The notes under the pieces: generated by a model
Seen by the model: the letters and a program-made list of their open reading frames with translations, nothing else
The model's database searches: none
What the model was told of the DNA's origin: nothing
Source: an uncultured virus (IMG/VR IMGVR_UViG_3300030419_004292)
Lineage: Duplodnaviria > Heunggongvirae > Uroviricota > Caudoviricetes
Length of the DNA: 64,000 bases
Direction: 5' to 3' (one strand)
IMG/VR virus record: IMGVR_UViG_3300030419_004292
In this document: one piece after another, positions 57,652 to 64,000 of the stretch
How positions within the stretch are numbered: position 1 is the first letter of the stretch
Layout: each line of letters begins with the position of its first letter
Program-made: the position numbers and the translations under genes

Positions 57652-58661
57652 AGATTGCATTTCATTCATTTCAACTGGGAGACAGAGGAACGGAAATCTG
57701 TCTTTATAAATACGCAAAGTACAATAGGGAAATCTTGGGCAACGAGTCGGTTGTCATCTCTACGAACACCAGACCCATCCCTACATACTCAAGGTTTGCT
57801 TCTGAATTTGAAGTATTCCTTTACCCTCACGTCTGGTCAAACAAGGGTATAAGAGGCTGCAATAAGGGGCTACAGGAACATCTAGAATATCTCGTAGATA
57901 AAGAAGGCATAGACGCATTCTACGCAATAAAAGGCGGGGAAAATGATTACTTCATGCCCTCCAATTGTAAAACACTGGCTCACTGTGTCTTTAGATGCGA
58001 CCAGCCTCACGGAGATGTATACGCCGGGGTCTGCAAATATATTGTAGATAAGTTCGGTGGAAACCATCCATACGTAGATCACATTATAGAAAAGCCCGAT
58101 GTAACCACCGATCTAAGAGAGGAAATGGGAATTCCTAAAGACGCTCTTGTTATAGGTCGTCACGGAGGACGCACGCAGTTCAGCATTCCTTTTGCTAAAC
58201 AGGCTGTCTCTGAAGCTGTATCCAGAAGATCCGATATATATTTTGCATTCTTAAATACCGAACAATTCGTAGAACATGAGAGAGTTAAATTTTTGCCTTG
58301 GACTGGAGATCTAAATAGAATTTGTGAATTTTGCAGATCCTGTGATGCCATGCTACACGCAAGAGTAGACGGTGAGGTTTTTCCCTTGACCATTGCGGAA
58401 ATGTCTATTCAGAATAACCCCATTATTACTTGGGATGGAATAATTCCTGCGGGAGAAAATGGGGTTGGAGGATACGACAGGGGGCACATAGACCTTCTTG
58501 GCGAATGTGGCATTTACTATAAAGATGTAAACGAACTATTTTCAATACTGATGAACATTCAAAAGTCTGACATAGAGGGTAAGGACTGGGATGTTTACAA
58601 AGACACTTATAGCCCAGAGAATGTGATGAAACAATTTAGCGAGGTATTTTTAGGAGAGTAA
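57648..58661 (+). CDS. GT-B glycosyltransferase-like protein
   Basis: RGTE..LYKYA, GRHGG and DAMLHARVDGEVFPLTIAE. Confidence 0.75.
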   Translation: MKIAFHSFQLGDRGTEICLYKYAKYNREILGNESVVISTNTRPIPTYSRFASEFEVFLYPHVWSNKGIRGCNKGLQEHLEYLVDKEGIDAFYAIKGGENDYFMPSNCKTLAHCVFRCDQPHGDVYAGVCKYIVDKFGGNHPYVDHIIEKPDVTTDLREEMGIPKDALVIGRHGGRTQFSIPFAKQAVSEAVSRRSDIYFAFLNTEQFVEHERVKFLPWTGDLNRICEFCRSCDAMLHARVDGEVFPLTIAEMSIQNNPIITWDGIIPAGENGVGGYDRGHIDLLGECGIYYKDVNELFSILMNIQKSDIEGKDWDVYKDTYSPENVMKQFSEVFLGE

Positions 58662-58662
58662 A

Positions 58663-59319
58663 ATGGACAGGATGGAAGGCAGAATGAATCTTGAAGGAGA
58701 ATTTAAAGGGTCTGAAGAAAATTCTCATTTAGGAGGCTGCTCTATTGGTGGAGATGCAGGAACATATTACCCTCATATGTGGGAAGGTCTTATAAATAAA
58801 TTCAATATTGAGTCTGTTTTAGATGTCGGTTGCGGCGCAGGATGGTCTGTCAAATTCTTCAAAGATCGTGATTGTAGAGTTCTTGGCATAGAAGGACTTC
58901 AAGAAGCAATAGACTCATCTCCGGTCAAAGATGATGTCTATAGACATGATTATGAAAAAGACGGGCCATTTAAGCCTATTGGAAATTTTGATTTGTGTTG
59001 GTCTTGCGAATTTGTGGAGCATGTTCAGGAATCATCAGCGCCTAATTTTATTGAGACATTCAAGTCTGCAAAATTTTTAGCGATGACTTTTGCGGGACCG
59101 GGACAGGGAGGTCACCATCATGTGAATTGCCAGCCTCACCAGTATTGGATTGACCTTCTGGGTAGCCACGGCTTTCGTTTTGACGAAGAGGCCACAGAAG
59201 AGCTAAAATCTTTGGCTAGATTAGACGAAGAAGAGTGGCAAAAGATTGGAGACCCTTGGCATTCATGCTTTCATTTTGTGGTCAGGGGATTGTTTTTTGT
59301 CAATGAAAATCAACCATGA
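58663..59319 (+). CDS. class I SAM-dependent methyltransferase
   Basis: VLDVGCGAG, EFVEHV and GQGGHHHVNCQ. Confidence 0.85.
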   Translation: MDRMEGRMNLEGEFKGSEENSHLGGCSIGGDAGTYYPHMWEGLINKFNIESVLDVGCGAGWSVKFFKDRDCRVLGIEGLQEAIDSSPVKDDVYRHDYEKDGPFKPIGNFDLCWSCEFVEHVQESSAPNFIETFKSAKFLAMTFAGPGQGGHHHVNCQPHQYWIDLLGSHGFRFDEEATEELKSLARLDEEEWQKIGDPWHSCFHFVVRGLFFVNENQP

Positions 59320-60269
59320 TAATATCTAGCTGCCCTCTAAGAGTTTCCTTTGCTGGCGGTTCTACTGACCTTCAAAGCTTTATAGACAAGAATGGTCATG
59401 GATCTGTAATTAATTGCGCTATAAACTTAAGAACCTACATCACCCTGCACCAAGATGTGCTAGGGTTTAGCAGCAGACTACATAAATACATTGTTAACTA
59501 CACAACTAGGGAAGAAGAAAAGAATATTTGTGACATAAAAAACAATCTAGTAAGAGAATGCTTTAGACATTTTAAAACTTCTCCATGCACCTCTTCCTTG
59601 ACAAGCGATGTTTTTTCTTCTGGATCTGGATTGGCTTCATCCTCATCTTATTTAGTTGGCTTAATTAAGGCTGTTTGCAAACATCAAAAAATTAAAAAGA
59701 CAAATTTCGACATCTGTAGTGAATCAATATTAATAGAAAGAAAATTCAATCCTCTGGTCGGATATCAAGACCCTTTTGGCTGCGGTATCGGAGGTCTTAA
59801 TAGGATTGATATAGAAAAACCAAACGTCGTAAAAATTGAACCGTTAAATTCTAACATATTTCATAATCTTGACATGCATTTAATACATACAAAAGTAAGT
59901 AGAAAATCAACGAGACTTCTTGGAAAAATAAACGAAAGAAAAAGTAAAAAACTTCTGTCTCTTGTAGACGAAATAGAAAAAGCTATAGAGCAATCAGATA
60001 TAAAATCTTTTGTCGATATAGTTAACGAAGGATGGAAAAAAAAGAAAGAAAGCAATCCGCTTACAATAAACAATACGGCGGTTTCAGGAATAGATAAGGT
60101 GTTAAGCGAAGAGAAAGATGTTCTGTGTCACAAACTTTGTGGCGCTGGCAACGGAGGTTTCTTTCTGCTGTTTACTAAAACTGGATACGACACTTCAAAG
60201 ATACGATTAAACAGGATGGTGATTCCAATAAGTATTTCTAAAAAAGGTGTCGGATGTTACGAGGTGTAA
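59316..60269 (+). CDS. GHMP sugar kinase (HddA-like)
   Basis: PLRVSFAGGSTD, GSGLASSS, GYQD and KLCGAGNGGF. Confidence 0.85.
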   Translation: MIISSCPLRVSFAGGSTDLQSFIDKNGHGSVINCAINLRTYITLHQDVLGFSSRLHKYIVNYTTREEEKNICDIKNNLVRECFRHFKTSPCTSSLTSDVFSSGSGLASSSSYLVGLIKAVCKHQKIKKTNFDICSESILIERKFNPLVGYQDPFGCGIGGLNRIDIEKPNVVKIEPLNSNIFHNLDMHLIHTKVSRKSTRLLGKINERKSKKLLSLVDEIEKAIEQSDIKSFVDIVNEGWKKKKESNPLTINNTAVSGIDKVLSEEKDVLCHKLCGAGNGGFFLLFTKTGYDTSKIRLNRMVIPISISKKGVGCYEV

Positions 60270-60270
60270 A

Positions 60271-61167
60271 ATGAAAATATCACTCTTTTATGACTATGAC
60301 CCAACTCAAAAAGAACAGTGGCACATCGGATATGGGATGAGGATAGAGCTTCAGAAAAGAGGCTACGATATAAAACACTATGCCCTTCCGTCTCATGACA
60401 AGACCTATGGATTTAAGGAATCGCTGGAAGACATAAAATCAGGAGAGTTTGTTCCAGATGTAGTCTTCTTATCTAACGCCGGTCCTCTCAGAGAAGGGGA
60501 GCCTTACTGGACAAAAGAAAACTTTGGCAAATATCTAATGGTTCAAGAATGCGGAGATGAGCCACAAACATATCAATCCCACCTAGAGCTTACCAAGCAT
60601 AGCGATCTCGTATTTACGCCAGACCTCAGATGTCATTTTCTATACCAAAATCGTGGTATGCAGTCTATGTGGCTGACACACTGGGCAGATACTCTGGTTT
60701 ATTATCCAGACGATACAGAGCAGATAAGAGAATGTTCGACAACAACTGGATCTAGAGGATTCGGGCTAACTGAACACCTACAGAAAAACTTGGGAGCCAG
60801 CTTTTTCAACACTCGCGGATTAACCGGAAAAGAAAACGGGGATCTCTTCAGAAAAAGCAAGATGGTCTTTCAGTTTGCAAACAACGGAGAGATAACCAGA
60901 AGAATTTTTGAAGGCGCCGCCTGTGGAGCTATGGTTATAACAAGTAGGATTGATGCGGCAACAGGAATTTATGATGTTTTTAAAGAAGATATTGATATGA
61001 TTTATTACAGCAGCGAAGAAGAGTGTCTAGAAAAAATTAAGTACTATCTAGAACACGACGACGAGAGAAAAAAGATCGCGTACAGCGGTCAAAAAAAGGT
61101 TATGGAAAAACATACCATCAAGAGTCGAATGGACGACCTAATGGAAAAAGTGGAGGAGATGATATGA
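60271..61167 (+). CDS. CgeB-like glycosyltransferase
   Basis: RRIFEGAACG...EKIKYYLEHDDER..IA..G..HT..R. Confidence 0.75.
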   Translation: MKISLFYDYDPTQKEQWHIGYGMRIELQKRGYDIKHYALPSHDKTYGFKESLEDIKSGEFVPDVVFLSNAGPLREGEPYWTKENFGKYLMVQECGDEPQTYQSHLELTKHSDLVFTPDLRCHFLYQNRGMQSMWLTHWADTLVYYPDDTEQIRECSTTTGSRGFGLTEHLQKNLGASFFNTRGLTGKENGDLFRKSKMVFQFANNGEITRRIFEGAACGAMVITSRIDAATGIYDVFKEDIDMIYYSSEEECLEKIKYYLEHDDERKKIAYSGQKKVMEKHTIKSRMDDLMEKVEEMI

Positions 61168-62051
61168 GGTGTTTAGTTACAGGAGCCGCCGGGTTTATCG
61201 GAAGTCATGTCGTTGACCGTCTTATAATGGATGGTCACGAAGTAGTTGCTATGGATAATGAATCAGCAGAATGTAATTCTAAATTTTATTGGAATGATCG
61301 GGCTGAAAAAGTTACGGCAGATATTTCTAAATATGAAGATATAGAAAAGCATTTTGAAAATGTTAATCTTGTCTTCCATTTAGCGGCAGAGTCTCGCATC
61401 CAGCCAGCCATCAAGAACCCCGTGAAGGCCGCTCAGGTCAACGTAGTGGGAACGTGCAACATTCTTCAGGCCAGCAGAATGTACGGTGCTGACAGGGTCG
61501 TCTACTCGTCCACGTCGTCTGCATACGGGCTGGTCAACGAGCCTCCTCTGGTTGAGACGATGCCCAACGACTGTCTAAACCCATACTCCGTCACTAAGGT
61601 GGGAGGCGAAGAGCTATGCAAAATGTACTACCATCTATTTGGTCTTCCTACCGTTGTATTTAGATACTTCAATGTCTACGGAGAAAGACAGCCATTACAA
61701 GGCCAGTATGCTCCCGTAGTGGGAATCTTTCAAAGGCAGGTTGCCGCTGGAGAACCCATGACCATCGTAGGAGATGGTCTACAAAGAAGAGACTTTACGC
61801 ACGTTGCCGATGTAGTAGAGGCTAATATTTTAGCGGCCATGTCCGACAACCCAGATGTGCTAGGAGAAACCTTTAATGTGGGAACTGGGACCAACCACAG
61901 CGTGCTAGAACTGGCTACGATGATTGGAAAAGACTTGGTGCATATCCCAGAAAGACCCGGAGAAGCTAGAACTACCCTAGCAAATATAGATAAAATTAGG
62001 TCTATGCTGGGCTGGGAACCCGTTGTAACTCTAGAGGGGTGGCTATCATGA
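61164..62051 (+). CDS. NAD-dependent nucleotide-sugar epimerase/dehydratase
   Basis: TGAAGFIGSH, HLAA, YSVTK, RYFNVYG and RDFTHV. Confidence 0.92.
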   Translation: MRCLVTGAAGFIGSHVVDRLIMDGHEVVAMDNESAECNSKFYWNDRAEKVTADISKYEDIEKHFENVNLVFHLAAESRIQPAIKNPVKAAQVNVVGTCNILQASRMYGADRVVYSSTSSAYGLVNEPPLVETMPNDCLNPYSVTKVGGEELCKMYYHLFGLPTVVFRYFNVYGERQPLQGQYAPVVGIFQRQVAAGEPMTIVGDGLQRRDFTHVADVVEANILAAMSDNPDVLGETFNVGTGTNHSVLELATMIGKDLVHIPERPGEARTTLANIDKIRSMLGWEPVVTLEGWLS

Positions 62052-62815
62052 CAAAGTTTCTTTTTGTAATTGCCAATTACCCTGACTGGAGACAAGAGTT
62101 TTTTGACAAATATATGTCTCCCAGAAACAAAGAATACAGCCACCACCACGGCTTTGAATACATTGAGTTCCGTGGTGGAGAACCTTTCTACAGAGACCAT
62201 CCTACGTGGTGGAAATTTACCAAGCTAACCGACATGATAAAAGACGGCACAGTCAAAGAGGGAGATACCTTTTCTCATATCGACGCCGACATGTGTATAG
62301 TTGATGGTAGAATGCCGTTTATGACTAACAAGACCTTCACGTATTCCGTGGACTCCTGCAACACTCACTGCATGGGACTCTATTCCCTGAAGATCAATGA
62401 GTGGGCCTTGAAGATGCTCGACCTATTACTTGATGACCAGAGATATGAAGAGTTAAAGGATAAAAAGACTATAGGCTCGATGGGAGAACTTTCGGCTTTC
62501 TGGGATATCTTCAGAGAGCAAGCCTCTTGGTACTCTCTTTGCGGTATACAGAGGCATAGCTGGGACTCATTCCTCACCATGCCTCACTATGGTTGGCATT
62601 CAGAAATTAATGAATACACCGTTTACGATATACCAGAATTGTATGAGCATGTAGAAGTTCTTCCTCCCAACTGGAATGTAACAGAGATCCCAGAGGAAGA
62701 TGGTGGAAATCAGTTTTACATCAATCCAACCAAAAAAGAAGACACTATAGTCAGGCATTTTGCAGCGGGCAGAGCTTGGAGGCCCGACTACTTTGAAAGG
62801 CCAATTATACTATAG
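62048..62815 (+). CDS. GT34/galactosyltransferase-like DXD protein
   Basis: YSHHHGFEY, WWK, HIDAD, REQ and RHFAAG. Confidence 0.65.
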   Translation: MTKFLFVIANYPDWRQEFFDKYMSPRNKEYSHHHGFEYIEFRGGEPFYRDHPTWWKFTKLTDMIKDGTVKEGDTFSHIDADMCIVDGRMPFMTNKTFTYSVDSCNTHCMGLYSLKINEWALKMLDLLLDDQRYEELKDKKTIGSMGELSAFWDIFREQASWYSLCGIQRHSWDSFLTMPHYGWHSEINEYTVYDIPELYEHVEVLPPNWNVTEIPEEDGGNQFYINPTKKEDTIVRHFAAGRAWRPDYFERPIIL

Positions 62816-62827
62816 AGGAGGATAAAT

Positions 62828-63289
62828 ATGAATATAGGCGTAATGATGAACGATTTCTCATGCTCGCAACTATCTTTTTATGCGGTGAGAAATATAAATA
62901 ACAAATCTAATAAAAGTGCTGAACATTCTTATGTGGGATTTTTTGAAAATCTTTCTAGCAATGTTATCGAACCCGCTTTCTGTATAATGAATATGACCGA
63001 AATATGGGGCTTTAGAGGGGTTCTTGTTGCTACTTCTTCATCCACGGCTCTCACCCTTATAAAATCAGTCACTGCTTCGGATAAGTATTTCTATGTTTGG
63101 GATTTAGAGTGGCTGAGAGATCCCGATAATTACCACACGCTACTTTCAATTTACAGGCATCCTGATATTAAACTAATAGCAAGAAGCAAAACTCACGCCA
63201 AAGCTATAAGGAATTTTTGCAACAGAGATGTTGTGGGTATCATGGATGATTTTAACCTCTCTGATCTAGAGGAGATAATAAATGGCTAA
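62828..63289 (+). CDS. hypothetical protein (GT N-terminal-like)
   Basis: RBS GGAGG; LVATS...YFYVWDLEW. Confidence 0.55.
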   Translation: MNIGVMMNDFSCSQLSFYAVRNINNKSNKSAEHSYVGFFENLSSNVIEPAFCIMNMTEIWGFRGVLVATSSSTALTLIKSVTASDKYFYVWDLEWLRDPDNYHTLLSIYRHPDIKLIARSKTHAKAIRNFCNRDVVGIMDDFNLSDLEEIING

Positions 63290-64000
63290 ATCTATAGATG
63301 AAGGCTTTGTTATAAAGCAGTACAGAGAAAATAAGAGTACCTACGAGATCGCTAAAGATCTTGGAACTTACCCAAATAAGATTAGAAGAATACTAATCAA
63401 AAACGGGGAGCAGGTGCGGGATAAGAGCAAGGCTCAAAAGGTTGCTTTAGAAACAGGAAGACACAAGCATCCCACCAAGGGTAAGAACAGAACGGATGAG
63501 GAAAAAATTAAGATCAGTGATGGCATGGCTCTTCACTGGGAAAACATGGATGATGATGAGAAGGAACGTCGTTCATCTCAAGCCAAGAAACAGTGGGAGG
63601 AGATGACAGACGTGGAGAGAGAAAACCTCAGACACGCTGCTGCTCAGGCAGTCAGGGTCGCTAGCAGGGAAGGATCAAAGTCTGAGAAATTTCTGAGAGA
63701 GGGGTTGACTGAGGCGGGCTACGATGTTATATTTCACAAGAAGGGTTTGATACCCAACCAGAATCTCGAAATTGATTTGTTTATTCCCGAATTGAAGACC
63801 GCAATAGAAGTAGATGGACCGGCACACTTTTTTCCTATATGGGGAGAAGCAAACCTAAACCATCACATTAAAGCGGATGCTGAAAAGAACGGGCTTTTAC
63901 TCGCCATGGGATATGTGGTGATTAGAGTTAAGCATCTAACTAAAAATGTTTCTAACAAAACTCAGAGAAACTTATTGTCCGCTGTTCTAGAGCAGCTATC
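63282..64000 (+). CDS. HTH/NUMOD3-like + Vsr/DUF559 endonuclease (3' truncated; not in ORF track)
   Basis: My translation: MAKSIDE..STYEIAKDLGT..KGKNRTDEEKIKIS..SKSEKFL..EIDLFIPELKTAIEVDGPAH..GYVVIRV; open to the window end. Confidence 0.75.
   Translation, partial: MAKSIDEGFVIKQYRENKSTYEIAKDLGTYPNKIRRILIKNGEQVRDKSKAQKVALETGRHKHPTKGKNRTDEEKIKISDGMALHWENMDDDEKERRSSQAKKQWEEMTDVERENLRHAAAQAVRVASREGSKSEKFLREGLTEAGYDVIFHKKGLIPNQNLEIDLFIPELKTAIEVDGPAHFFPIWGEANLNHHIKADAEKNGLLLAMGYVVIRVKHLTKNVSNKTQRNLLSAVLEQL

Noticed and set aside
243..62580. Numerous minus-strand ORFs of 60-250 aa
   Set aside because: All overlap well-supported plus-strand genes and show no recognisable motifs.
37306..63289. Host O-antigen/capsule locus (cellular origin)
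   Set aside because: There are no transport or polymerase genes, the island is coupled to phage sigma/ssb genes, and it shows the same CCWGG avoidance as the rest of the window.
1..64000. Stop-codon reassignment
   Set aside because: Genes are full length and tightly packed under the standard code, and TAA, TAG and TGA all serve as stops.

Overview
This 64 kb window looks like part of a large tailed dsDNA bacteriophage genome. About 85 tightly packed genes lie on the + strand, many with overlapping start/stop codons, and there are no ribosomal or other cellular housekeeping genes. In order it carries: rIIA/rIIB; a membrane-anchored RuvA-C-domain protein; tRNA-Glu(UUC); thyX; iscA; small membrane proteins; a sigma-70-like factor; a cassette with two signal-peptide trypsin-like proteases and a permuted papain-like amidase; nucleotide metabolism genes (dCMP deaminase, class II RNR, dUTPase, dNMP kinase) and PhoH; and a bacterial-type replisome (RecA, DnaB, primase, SSB). 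Its DnaE polymerase is split into two intein-free genes with a DnaQ-like exonuclease between them. An archaeal-type alanine dehydrogenase/ornithine cyclodeaminase, a second sigma factor and a ~26 kb, 30-gene soluble glycan-synthesis island (no visible flippase or polymerase) follow. The DNA appears to avoid CCWGG, CTGCAG and GGATCC, while TCTAGA is abundant. All calls come from motifs recognised by eye; no database searches were run.
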